The notes under the pieces are model-generated. The model was given only the letters and a program-made list of their open reading frames with translations. It was not told the origin of the DNA and searched no databases. Position numbers and translations under genes: made by a program. DNA of 63,745 nt, counting the filler, from Craspedostauros australis (taxonomy: Eukaryota), in NCBI GenBank assembly GCA_030167865.1. It is 5 parts of 5 records of this genome, joined end to end, with 100 filler letters (N's around TTAATTAATTAA, not from the genome) between each part and the next. Parts side by side here need not be neighbours in the genome. Positions count along the whole stretch, not along the records: positions 1 to 16,675 come from JALAGF010004066.1; positions 16,776 to 28,786 come from JALAGF010004067.1; 3 more parts are not named here. The stretch is one strand, 5' to 3'. Below, piece by piece: positions 10,890 to 22,218 of this stretch (position 1 is the stretch's first letter; each line of letters starts with the position of its first letter).

Positions 10890-13481
10890 TTATCCGTTCA
10901 TGTGCTGCGCCAACTTCTTCTGATTCGCCTTGCGCGTGGCCATCTTGAAATCCAGAATATCGCCCTTGTACTCCGTGATGCACTTATTGTCGCAGATCAT
11001 GATCTTCTCGGCGCATTGCGAGATCAACCGCATGTCGTGACTAATCATCAGCACGCCACCCTTGAAGGTCCGCAGGCACCGGGCCAGAGCGTCGATGGAC
11101 TCCATGTCCAAAGGATTCGTGGGTTCGTCCAGCAGCAGCAGGTGGGGCTTCTCGTGCGCGATCATGGCGAACACGATGCGGGCCTTCTGTCCGGCAGAAA
11201 GCTGGGACATCACCTGGGTCTGCTGTGCGCCGGTGCAACCGTAACGGCCCAGCAATGGCCGTATGCTCTCGATCGATGCCTCCGGCATCACCTTCAGCTT
11301 GAAGAAGTCGAGCGGGGTCATGCTCAGATCCAGGCGGTCCTCGAAGTGCTGCGAGAACTTTGATGTGCGCAAGTGCATGTTGCGCTTCACGGCGCCCTTG
11401 GTGGGGAGCAGGTCGCCCTCGATCAATTTCACGAGGGTGGTCTGTTGTGGTGGTGGTGGGCGGTGTGTGTGTGTGTGAAGCATGACAAGTTGGGAGGTGA
11501 AGTGAGCACAGCTGTTGCATCGATTGGCTGAAACACAATTGTTGAACAGGATCATCCATCCATCCATCCATCCATCCATCCATCCATCCATCCATCCATG
11601 TATTTTGTATCACGCTGTCGCAACGTACCTTTCCTGCTCCGTTAGGACCCACCAACGCCACACGCGTCTGCAAGTCGATTCCGAAATCGACCCTGCTGTA
11701 CAGCTCGGGACCGTTGGGGTACGCGAAACTGAGGTTCTCAATCGCACATACAGGCACCGGCAGCTCTCCAGCATCCGGGAAGGTCCAATCCCATTCCGGA
11801 TCCTGCTCTGGCAACTCCGTCAATCCGGCCTCCAGCTTCTTCTGCAGCAGCTTCTCGCGTGCCTGCGCCTGTCGCACCATCTTCACGGTACCGTGACCGA
11901 AACGGGAGATGAAGTCCTTGATCTCGGAAATGTCGCGCTGCTCGGCATCGTACTGGCGCATCTGCACGGTGTCCTGGTCGCGGCGCGTCTGCACGTAGGT
12001 GTCGTAGTTGCCGGAGTAGTACCGCAGCTTCTTGTAGGTCATGTCGAGACGCACGATGTGGGTGCAGACGTTGTTCATGAAATCCTGGGAGTGACACACG
12101 AAGAAGAGGATCTTGTCCCAGTTGCACAGGTACTCCTCCAACCAGAGCACGGCGTCCATGTCGAGATGGTTCGTGGGCTCATCGAGGCACAGGAATTCCG
12201 GCTGCAAAAAGAGCGCCCTGGCCAGCGCCACGCGCATGCGCCATCCTCCGCTGAATTCACGCGTCTTCATGTTCTGCATGGTCTTGGTGAATCCCAGACC
12301 GTGCAGGATGGTGGTGGCGCGCGCCTCGGCCGAACTGGCATCCAGATGATCGAGACGGGCGTAGACGGCCTCCAGCTGACCCTGGATCTCCATCTGGGCA
12401 TCCTCGTCGGCGTCGGCCATCATGGCGTTGAGCTTTTCGGCCTGCCCCTCGAGGAGGGCGACCTCGTCGTTGGATTCCATGACGGCGCCGAGGGCCGTGA
12501 TGTCGTCACGCGCCGGGTATTCGCTGTCGAGGAAGTAAATGTCGAGCGCGTCCGGGATGGGGATGGCGCGGGCGGCGATGGCCTTCATCACCGTGGACTT
12601 ACCACTTCCGTTGGGGCCTGTACGGTACGGCATGGTTTGTTGGCATGATTTATTGACAGGATTGGTGTGAGCAGAGAGAGTATGTCATTGGATATCCATC
12701 GTGGATGATGAAATGAAAGGTGTAATAGATGCGATGGTGAGAAAATGAATATGGTTGGGCACGAGCAATTGGACGCGAACGATTGGACAGACGAAAGGAA
12801 CGAGTGATTCTTTGCTTGCCTGCGTTTCATCGTCTCATCATCCCATCGGAATCAAGAGAACAAAAACGAATCTCGAAGTCATTCCATCAAATGGGCACCC
12901 TGCTCTGTGCGCAGAGAGAATCGGCACCGCACACTGCTACCCCAGCAACAAAATCGTGTTGATTTGATGCAGTACTCACCAATGAAGCCATAACGATTGC
13001 CGTAGTTGATGACAATATCGGTATCCTCCACCAGCGGCTTGCCGTGGAAGGTGACCGTGACGCCGGAGACGTTGATATCTCTCGTATTGGCGTGCAAGGC
13101 GCCCTTCTTGCTTTCGTAGGTCACAATGATGTTGTCCTGCGACAGCTTTTCCAGTGCGGCTTCCTTCTTCGCAGCATCGTGATCTTCCATGCTGAGCAGT
13201 TCGATCGCCGGCTCCTCCTTCTTTTCTTCGTCCTTCTTGGCCTTGACGGGCTTGCCCTTGGCCTTGCGCTTGGCTTCGCGTGCTGCCTTGGCGCGGGCCT
13301 TCTTTTCTTCCTTCGTCAACTTCTTCTCGAACAGTTCATCTTCGCCCTTGCCCAATGCGGCATCGCGCACATCGGAAGCAATCAGAGCATCGGTGTCGAC
13401 GGCACCGTACCCCGAGTCCAAGGCCTTGTCAACGGCAAAGGCCTCCTTCTTCGCGCGCTTTTCGTTGTATCGCTTCGACAT
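10890..13481 (-). CDS. ABC-F family ATPase (ABCF2-like, no TM domains); exons 13481-12980, 12617-11629, 11441-10890
   Basis: Two NBDs: GPNGSGKS / FSGGWRMR / LCLDEPTNHLD and GPNGAGKT / LSAGQKAR / LLLDEPTNPLD. GT-AG introns 12618-12979 and 11442-11628 restore a continuous frame. Confidence 0.93.
11553..11599. repeat. (CATC)n microsatellite in ABCF intron 2
   Basis: About 11 perfect CATC units. Confidence 0.95.
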
Positions 13482-14189
13482 CGCTGTATGGTAGTATTTG
13501 TATGCGGTCGTCTTGTTTTTTTTTGTGAGTGGTTTTGCGGTCTTTATGAACTTGCACCGCAGGAAGAAGAGTTGGAACACCAATACTCCCGCTCTCTCTT
13601 CGATTTTATGGCGAGGTAATCGTGGTCGCCACGCAACAATGATGGAATTGATGAAATTCGTGGTCACGCCAAAACACAAATGACGATTGCGGAAGCGAGA
13701 GCCGACGTGGTTTTCTCATCGATGTTTGGTTGGTTGCAGTCTGGGCGTCGTCCGGCTTCACGATCGGAATCTCCCAAGATTCGACTCTAGTTTTGACCGT
13801 AGACTAATGATGAAAACCGACAACTGAAATTTTGCAGGTTTTCGGGAATTGGAGAGTGTGCCAAATTCGTGTGGGTCATCAACATTGTCTCCACCTGACA
13901 CGAAGTACAAGCAGTGAGTGTGACAGCCTGGTGGGCAATAGCAAAGGAAGTACCTGCGTATGGCGCATCGCAAGCTGTTTGCACTCTACTTGATGTCAAT
14001 AGCGCACGAGTAGAGCATCGTAGTAGTATATGATGGCATGCCATACTCCACCCTGCTCTGTTCGACTCGGACACACTCTCAATGTGCTGTTGTGATGACA
14101 CTTTACTCTATTATCGTATTGTTATTCTCATTCGTAGTCGCAGTTGTCGTCGTCGTTGTTGTCGTCGTTGTTGCTGTCGTTGTCATGAA

Positions 14190-15359
14190 TCAGCACTCCT
14201 CCATGCGCTCGACGATCACGATGGTGCCACGATTGCCTTTCGAGACGCGCAGATCGTCATCGAGATACAAGAACTCCATCCATCCGATCGGCGACCGTTT
14301 CATCTCAAACTGGAACGATGCACCGGGATTGGCATCGGTTGGTAATCGCAATCCCAACACCAACTTCATCACGAACCACACGATGGAAGACACGACCGAC
14401 TGTTGTGACGCGGCAGTTTCATACGCGGACGCAAAAGTGCGACGCCAAACCTCCTCATCCTCGCCATATGACGATGATGATAGCGTGCCACCGCGGAATT
14501 TCACTTTCAGTCGATTCTTCGACCACCAGCAGGTAGCATGATTCGTCAATGTGGCTGGCAAATCGACGTTGTCATCTGTATGAATTATGATGTCGCAGAT
14601 GATGTCGAAGGAATACTGTTTCTTGCCATTGTCACCACTATGTTCAGTTTCATTGCTCTCGTTGTCATTGTTTTGATTGTCATCATTGTTTTGATTGTCA
14701 CCATTGTCACCAATGTCACCAATGTTGTCATTGTCCGCATCGTGTGCAACGATTTCGTTGCGAATACGTACCACAGAACATAGTAGACTCGCTGGTTGGA
14801 AGATATGAAAAGACAAGCGTCCCAACGTGTACTGAGGATGCTCGTTGTCAGACATGGTCGCCGAGTCATTCACTTGGCCGGGAAATTGGGGCGCGGTCAA
14901 GGTATGGTACCTACCAACCAAAAGGTTATTGACAAGATTGGCAGTCACAGGAGTTGTGTTGGCACGTTGCAACTGATCAATGGCATCCAATACTTCCGGG
15001 TGGCTCGGCGAGCCATTGTGCTGCTTCAGCATGTCGTGCAAGTGCTGCTTGGCAGCTTGCAGTCGGTTCATTGGATTGCTATCTGCGTCGGGTTCTACTA
15101 GTAGTTGTCGTGGGCGTGGGGGTGATTTGCACGACGACGACGACGACAATGATGATAGTGACGACGACGACGATGATGATACTGAACAACGACTGGATGT
15201 CTGAAGTATCGATAGTTGTGGGTCATGAAGATGTTGCGATGCGATGCAGTCACCCGTTGAGCAAAGTTGCTGCGATGTAGTAGCCTCACCTGCAGTCAAC
15301 CAATCCCGTTCTATCCTGCATAGACCTGGAGATGCTCTTCCCTGTATAACAATCTTCAT
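14190..15359 (-). CDS. PAP/fibrillin-like domain protein
   Basis: VLDAIDQLQRAN helix near the N-terminus and C-terminal GWMEFLYLDDDLRVSKGNRGTIVIVER, typical of PAP_fibrillin. Asn/Asp-rich insertion. Start uncertain. Confidence 0.7.
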   Translation of the reverse strand: MKIVIQGRASPGLCRIERDWLTAGEATTSQQLCSTGDCIASQHLHDPQLSILQTSSRCSVSSSSSSSLSSLSSSSSCKSPPRPRQLLVEPDADSNPMNRLQAAKQHLHDMLKQHNGSPSHPEVLDAIDQLQRANTTPVTANLVNNLLVGRYHTLTAPQFPGQVNDSATMSDNEHPQYTLGRLSFHIFQPASLLCSVVRIRNEIVAHDADNDNIGDIGDNGDNQNNDDNQNNDNESNETEHSGDNGKKQYSFDIICDIIIHTDDNVDLPATLTNHATCWWSKNRLKVKFRGGTLSSSSYGEDEEVWRRTFASAYETAASQQSVVSSIVWFVMKLVLGLRLPTDANPGASFQFEMKRSPIGWMEFLYLDDDLRVSKGNRGTIVIVERMEEC

Positions 15360-16230
15360 TCTGTTCTGCTCTACTCTGCTCTACTCTGCTCGCACTTGGC
15401 TTGGCTCTATTTCACTTGGTTCACTCTACTCGTGGGGTGCTTGACTTGACTTGGCTTGACTCTTTTCGACTTGACATGACTCTAATCGAGTCGAGTTCCA
15501 TCCACGGTTTGAGCACAAATAGCCGAGCGCGAGCTGACATGCCCACTTGATCCGGCTGATGTGATGATGCCAGCATTCCTTCGTATTGGTGTCGTTGATG
15601 CGTTGCCTCCTATGCCGAATCGCATCGCGGCACATCACACCACATCGGTTGATGGCCGCAGCAAGGTTCTGTCGACATCAACGAGATCCTTTCCTCGCAC
15701 TGTGCTGGGCCGATCCTTGTGCAAGTACACAACACACGCCAGTACCGCACACGCTCGTCCCGATACTAGTTCTCACACAAAGCTGTGCCACATGAGCAGG
15801 GTAGGAACATCTAATCAAACGACAGTTTGAGAAGTCTTTTTGTGTGGACGTTGTTTTGTGAACACATCTACATCATTGTGGAAGAAACCTGATTGGTTGC
15901 ATCCATTCGTGCCTACTAATTGGTGCAAGTGCGTCATGAGAATGGCGAAGCTGTGCGACAGCAATGACGAACGCAGCAGCACATAGAGCACAGCAACTCA
16001 ACTTCGTATTTCTCGTATGTCATTCGCAAAAACGGTTCCCATGACAGCGATGGATCGGAATCCGAATACTTCCTGCTGACAAAAGCATTCCCAAACCAAG
16101 AACAAATCAATCAGACCACGCAGGTAGTACCGGAACATTCACAGTTGTTGTCGAAGGTATACTGGTACTCTCTACCAGTGTACATGATGGTACGTGCGAT
16201 GTCGGTGCTTAGCTGCTTTGCTATTTTCCA

Positions 16231-16675
16231 TCACAAGTCAAATTGATCGGCAAAAGGTGCGATGGCTTTTTTGGTAAACCCATCGGTGGCAATTCTGGCC
16301 TTCTTCATCTTGCGCAAGACACCGCCCACATGATCAATCGTCTCCTTGTCCGACAATATGGGTGACGCCACGACCGCCCGCAGCACGGCATTGTAGGTCA
16401 GAACGGTGGGCCTGAGATGCCGGTTGGCGTTCATGGCTCCTAGCAGCTCGAGCGCCCGATCGGCCGCCTGCGTCTTGCGGCTGCGCGCCCAGGCCGCGAT
16501 GACGGAGCTGTACGTGATGGTGGTGGGACGCAGATCGTGGCTCTTGTCGGATTGGCGGTACCGCTGCTGCAGGGTGGTCAAGAGGTCATCGGCACGTTGG
16601 GCGCCGTGCGGTCGGGCCGAGCTGGCCTTGGCCCAGCAATTGATGAGGGTGTTGAAGCTGACCGTGTCGGGACGG
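16231..16675 (-). CDS. Pentatricopeptide repeat (PPR) protein, 3' fragment truncated by gap
   Basis: Successive PPR motifs: PDTVSFNTLINCWAK, PTTITYSSVIAAWARS..AADRALELLGAM, PTVLTYNAVLRA. Confidence 0.88.
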
Positions 16676-16775
16676 NNNNNNNNNNNNNNNNNNNNNNNNN
16701 NNNNNNNNNNNNNNNNNNNTTAATTAATTAANNNNNNNNNNNNNNNNNNNNNNNNNNNNNNNNNNNNNNNNNNNN
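16676..16775. other. Artificial contig spacer N44-TTAATTAATTAA-N44
   Basis: Identical 100-nt structure at four sites; the 12-mer gives stop codons in all six frames. Confidence 0.95.
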
Positions 16776-18644
16776 CCAGATGAACAGAAGACACCCATGG
16801 ATCGTGATGACGCATTCTCGTGGATCCGATGGATGAAGTCATCACCCACACCCATGATCGTGGACGTGTCGAAGACCTTCCAGTCCATCATCAACGCCAC
16901 CGTCATCACCGATCAGTCCATGGAACGCATCGATCAAACACGAGAGCAGTTCCTGGCACGATTGCGATGTCGGTTGGTGCTGTTGCCATCGGGTGCATCG
17001 CTGAAGGGACCGCTGCTGGAACCATCATCGTCGTTGATCTGCGGCAAGCTGCTGTATGGTGGCATCACGCGGTACCGTCTCATCGGATCTCACAATTCCA
17101 ACCGTTCACCTCGCAAGGCTGGTGAACGCACAGATATCATGGTGTCATCCAAGGACAACCTGCCAACATGGATCCAGTACGGCGGTCCTGAAAGGATGTA
17201 CGAGGCGGTCGACATGGGACCATGCGCCGCATTGGAGGTCCTGCTGATGGCACCTGGACAAGGAATCGTTCCTGAAAAGAGTCCACAGATGCAGGAAATG
17301 ATGATTGAGAACTTGGCATGGAGACCAGAACGGATGTTTGGTCAGTACATGAGTGAGAATGGTGATGGTGGTAGCAACGGGGATGGAGGGAGCTCGATCA
17401 ACGATCAGCTGGCAATCCCCATCTCGCTATCTGGCAGTGAACGCAATGACGCATTCCAATCCGACTTCGAATCCTCCGTCGGCGGTCTGCAGAAAGAGAT
17501 CAGCTCGATCGTCCGACGTGTGCTCGATGGTCGTGTCATCCGTCCAGCCGATGAGGATGACAACACTGCCATCACGGACAAGGACAGCATGAAGGACAAG
17601 ATCAAGGATGGGGCCAAGGACGAGGTCACGACGCAGCTCAGCCGGACTGCCATGGAAGCCGAAGAGCTGTTGGCGTTGGGCTTGACACCCGTCCGCGGGC
17701 TGTTGCTGTATGGACCTCCTGGATGTGGCAAGACAGCACTCGCAAGAGAGATCGCGCGTGCTCTGCGTGCTCGCAAGCCCAAGATCGCATCAGCACCAGA
17801 GCTGCTGGATCGATGGGTCGGTGGATCGGAGAAGCTGGTGCGATCTCTGTTTGCTGATGCTGAGGCAGAGCTGGCTGCATGCAACGGCGATGTCACGAAG
17901 AGTGCTTTGCATGTGATCGTGATCGATGAGGTCGATGCCGTGTTCCGGCGTCGCAGTGCTGGAGAAGACTCCGGTGAGGCCACACGTGCCAGCGTCGTCA
18001 ATCAGATCCTGGCGAAGATGGATGGTGTCAACTCGATTGACAACGTGCTGCTGATCGGCATGACCAATCGTCGTGAGCTTCTGGATGAGGCGTTGCTGCG
18101 TCCGGGACGGCTGGAGGTCCAGATCGAGATCCCGCTTCCTGACCGGGAAGGCCGTCGTGAGATCCTGAAGATCCACTTTGATGCGTTGCGGAAGCGCGGT
18201 CGTTTGAGCAAGCCTCTTTGCTCTGCAATCGATGGTATGCCCAGCGATGGCATGTCCATGGATGGTTTCTGGGGTAGTGGAAGTGTAGGTGTAGGTGTAG
18301 GTGCAAGTGGAGATGTAGGTACAGCTGGAGATGGCAGCAACAGCCAGACTCAATCAGTATCGCCGCCAGCACCATCGCCTTCGGTGTCTCCGGGTCGCAA
18401 AAGAGCAGCAGTGCGTCATTTTGTGGGGCGGGTACTGACGGGTGCATCTTCGGCGGTGCGTCCAACCTATGACCTGGCCGCCAGCTATGCCACAGGAGGT
18501 TTTTCGGGTGCCGATATCGCAGGTCTTGTGCGTTGCGCTGGATCCATCGCGTTGGCGAGATCGAGAGAGGATGGCAATGGAGTGGATGGGTTGGTGGTGA
18601 CGTTGGAAGATGTGAAGCAGGCGTTGGGGGAGCTGAAGAAGTGA
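16776..18644 (+). CDS. NSF-D1-like AAA+ ATPase (copy 2; 5'-truncated by gap)
   Basis: 615-aa ORF with the same translation as copy 3 and as copy 1 where they overlap. Lacks the presequence region because the contig starts at the base equivalent to position 1775. Confidence 0.85.
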   Translation, partial: PDEQKTPMDRDDAFSWIRWMKSSPTPMIVDVSKTFQSIINATVITDQSMERIDQTREQFLARLRCRLVLLPSGASLKGPLLEPSSSLICGKLLYGGITRYRLIGSHNSNRSPRKAGERTDIMVSSKDNLPTWIQYGGPERMYEAVDMGPCAALEVLLMAPGQGIVPEKSPQMQEMMIENLAWRPERMFGQYMSENGDGGSNGDGGSSINDQLAIPISLSGSERNDAFQSDFESSVGGLQKEISSIVRRVLDGRVIRPADEDDNTAITDKDSMKDKIKDGAKDEVTTQLSRTAMEAEELLALGLTPVRGLLLYGPPGCGKTALAREIARALRARKPKIASAPELLDRWVGGSEKLVRSLFADAEAELAACNGDVTKSALHVIVIDEVDAVFRRRSAGEDSGEATRASVVNQILAKMDGVNSIDNVLLIGMTNRRELLDEALLRPGRLEVQIEIPLPDREGRREILKIHFDALRKRGRLSKPLCSAIDGMPSDGMSMDGFWGSGSVGVGVGASGDVGTAGDGSNSQTQSVSPPAPSPSVSPGRKRAAVRHFVGRVLTGASSAVRPTYDLAASYATGGFSGADIAGLVRCAGSIALARSREDGNGVDGLVVTLEDVKQALGELKK

Positions 18645-18720
18645 GCAGGTGGTGGAGAGTAGAGCAGAAGTACACGTTGTGAACAGCTGGATGCACTTTG
18701 CCTCTTTCGTCTGTTCCACT
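16776..18720 (+). repeat. Left arm of ~1.95-kb inverted repeat (pairs with 26842-28786; core also equals 1-1775)
   Basis: Reverse complement of 26842-28786, with SNPs seen at 18551, 18569, 18652 and 18695. Similarity ends after ...CTGTTCCACT. Confidence 0.95.
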
Positions 18721-21700
18721 GTGTTGCATTGTGCGTTCTAGTATTCAAAGTGCACTTGCACCATGTGCAACATAGAAGATGCTACGACTGCTCCATGCCA
18801 TCTGTGTACATAATACGAGACCATCTCAATTGTCAACATGTGTCCGTCGATACATTTACATGGTGAAGACCTCGGTGTAACGACGTCGCCGTTCGAACCG
18901 GACGATCCTTGTTTGGCTTCCCGATGCATTTCATCAATCAGTTCGTTTGGCCTACAGCAGAAGGTACCGGCGCAGGTGCGTCGAATCCTCCAGGCAGGCC
19001 GACAGTCGATGGATCGCCGGTCGTCCACCTCGTCTTTCGGTTGTGGTGGTGCCCACGGGTACTGTCGACGAAAGTCAGCTTTATTTTGTGGCGGGAGATG
19101 ACGCGAAGTTCGTCAACGTTTTCATTGGCCGTTATACACGGTTGAAGCATTCAGCAGATGTCAAGACGTGTCACGTCAGCGCTGCGTTCAACATGACGTC
19201 ATCGCATGGTCCAGTCACGGCAAGTGACAAGTCATGTGTACGGTCACGAGTCAAGTTGGGTTTTAGTGGGAATGGCAAACGACGAACATTTTGCTCACAT
19301 TTCTCTAACAACACGTTCGTGCGGCACCATACCCCGCTACAACTACCTGCAACATGCAACCGTCTCCAGGTCGATGCCGGAGTTGGGAAGGACGCCGACA
19401 GGATCCATGATGGGCGAGATACAGGCACCATCGTATCCTCCTTGCAGCAATGGATCCACTTACCCGCGGGAACATCACACACACAATTCGTTTGCTCTTG
19501 GTTCTATGTCAGAGATTGTCGCATTGCTTCTTGTGGATGATGAGACCCTCCCCGGACGTGCATTGGATGCTGGGACTCGCAGCTTTGGAAACGAATACTC
19601 TGAATCGAAACGAAGAAGCAGCCGAAGTCTCTTTGCGCGATCACTTATTCGAGGTATCGGTATGACGACTCATGGGAGGTACTGTGGGTATGTGAGTCGG
19701 TGAGCATGGAATAATAATTACTCGGATCTACGAGTATGATGCTTGCCTGAACGTATCGGTGGCGTGGAGTTGCGAGTATGCAGGAGACGCACACCATCTT
19801 GGCGCTCATGCGAGCTCCTGTCTGCACGAAGGACTCTCCAGCAGTTGCTTTGTTGAAGCGACCAAAGGACAAGTACGTGGTTGGGACGAAACGTGAATCG
19901 TAGCATCAACTTCAGAACGCAGAACTCCTGTGCACCACCATGGATTGTTTCGTGTTTCACGATCATAGATGCAACATCAGTTACCCTATGGCGGCGCCTT
20001 GGAGGCACCAACGAGGTGCCGCGAATAGTCTCTCTCTCTCTCTCTTGTTTGCTCTTGCTCTTTTCCTGTCTTCGTATCTCGTCAGAATCCTCTCCAAGAC
20101 TCCAACCACGAGCATGCGCACGAGGAGTGGCAATAGACGCCAAGTTTTCGAAGCTGCCGCGACCAAAGTTCCTCCCCTTGCCAAGAAGCTCATCGGCGTG
20201 ATGGGCTTTTGGCAGAGTCGTCATGCCCACATACTCACGGCTCGTACTCCGACAACGTGGGTTGATGTCTCGAGAGCAAAATGATGCCGCCCTTCGGCGG
20301 AAACGAATGGTGATGTTGGTTGGTGGACGGAGGTGCGTCATGCGGTAATACTTGGAGGAGCTGTGTGCGGCGTAAGGAGACGACAGATCATCACTTTGCT
20401 ATGCTGTATTCTGCACACGTGAGGGTGCGACAGGAATGTCCGAATGCAAATGTGAATGTGATTCTGGCTATCCTCGCTTGGCACGACGCAAACCAGCGTG
20501 AGCTGAGGAGTTGAGACATATACTGTGCCATTGTCGTACGTCATCTCGTTCTCCCATCTCTCCATGGTCGTTCCCCCAACATGTCCGCCCGCGTCTCGAA
20601 GAGGTTGCGATGACTCCATTCCTTGCTCAACGTCTACTGACGTTTAAGAATTGAAGTTTCTGTGCACACAATGATCCAACGATTAAGACATGTGCCCAAG
20701 CGGATGCGACCGTGCGCATGTGAAAACACGACAACCATCGGAATCAACTTTTGATTTGAAGTTGTGGGAGCTGTTCATGCAAGCTCATGCCTCCAGCTGC
20801 GAAGTGCGCTCTCGTTCGTTCTTGGGCTGACCGAGCGTTAATCGTGTTCGATGCGGATGTGTCTACGGTTAGTGTTGGGGGAGCGAACGTGATGTGATCA
20901 CGTACTTCTGTGATCTACCATCAATTTGTAGTTCCATACCGTATGCAGCGAGTACACTCACCCGCACAACTTTCCTGGGTGGCGGTCGACGCTCGCCCTT
21001 GGCCTTTTGTTTGCGTGGTTGTGCAAGGGCGAGAAGAGACAGCAACTCGCATCAGCAACGGTGGCAATTCAATGTCTGTCTGTTTGTTTGTGCGTGTGTG
21101 TTTTCTGTCTCTGTCGCTTCCTCCCTCTCATTCCATGTGACGTTTCTCGAAGGACCTTGACAAAGGCTATCCAGTACCTCTCGCACATTCGATCCACATT
21201 CGGCGAAGTGCGCGATTCCCGAAACGAAGCCTGCGCTGGATGGATGGCGTGATGGTTGGAACGACGCAGGGCCTTTCGGGATCGTGTCGGGCGTCCCAGG
21301 AGATACTGGGCCATCCCATGTGCGCATGATACAGTGAATGGCCTTTCTCTGTGTCGAGGATGGCGCTTTCCTCGTCTGCGCTTTCCATGGGCTGCGCGCA
21401 TCCCTGTTTGTGCTTGTTCATTTCTTCCTTTGGGAACGTAAGCCGAAGCAACCAAGAAGTTGTGTGGGATCGCATCACGCCCAGAAGATTTGCGAGGTTC
21501 ATGAAGAATAAATAGTCAGTCAGCGAGAACGTCGTTGAAGGGAACGAATACATGCATCAAAACGGTAAGTTCAAGAAGGGCCCAATTAGTGAAGCTTCGG
21601 ATTTGTGCAGACTTGCAAGACGCAAAACGACGCGTTTGTTCAGAAATCGTTCCCAATTACGAGGATCTCGTGATGAGGAACACAAGCAACTGGCGCCGAA

Positions 21701-22218
21701 ACGGCACCAAGAGAACATCGCGATAAACTTTGGCGGTCCCAATCAGATAGCATCACTGGGTGTCGCGGCATCGCTGGACGTCGTGACATCGCTGATAGGC
21801 GCAACCGCAGTGGCGGAGTTCGGACCATACTCTTCTTTGTTTCACACATCACAGCTCAGCACACACCCCCGATAGAAAGACACAAACGGAGCGCACCAAC
21901 AATGCAGGTAACATCCCAAGGACACACAACTTTCGCATGCGGCTACCTCGCCAAACCGCAACCAGTTTCAGCCCTGGCCTCTGCCACCGCACTCCATCCT
22001 GTCATAATCTGCCGACATCAGCAACAATCGCTCTCTTTTGACCATCACAACGCAACAAGGACAACCGCGAACTGCGTCAACTTGGCTGTGCGCTCGCATC
22101 AGCCCATCGAACTAAACACAACACCACAATCTCCAAGACAAGCATCAAGAACAGCAAGTGAAGCTGACATTCACGCTCCAGTACCAACGCATCAACGCAT
22201 CAACGCATCAAGGCAACG

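Noticed and set aside
16720..16731. Palindromic TTAATTAATTAA recurring four times (also 28831, 48052, 62489)
   Set aside because: Always centred in a 100-nt N spacer; an artificial six-frame stop linker, not a biological site.
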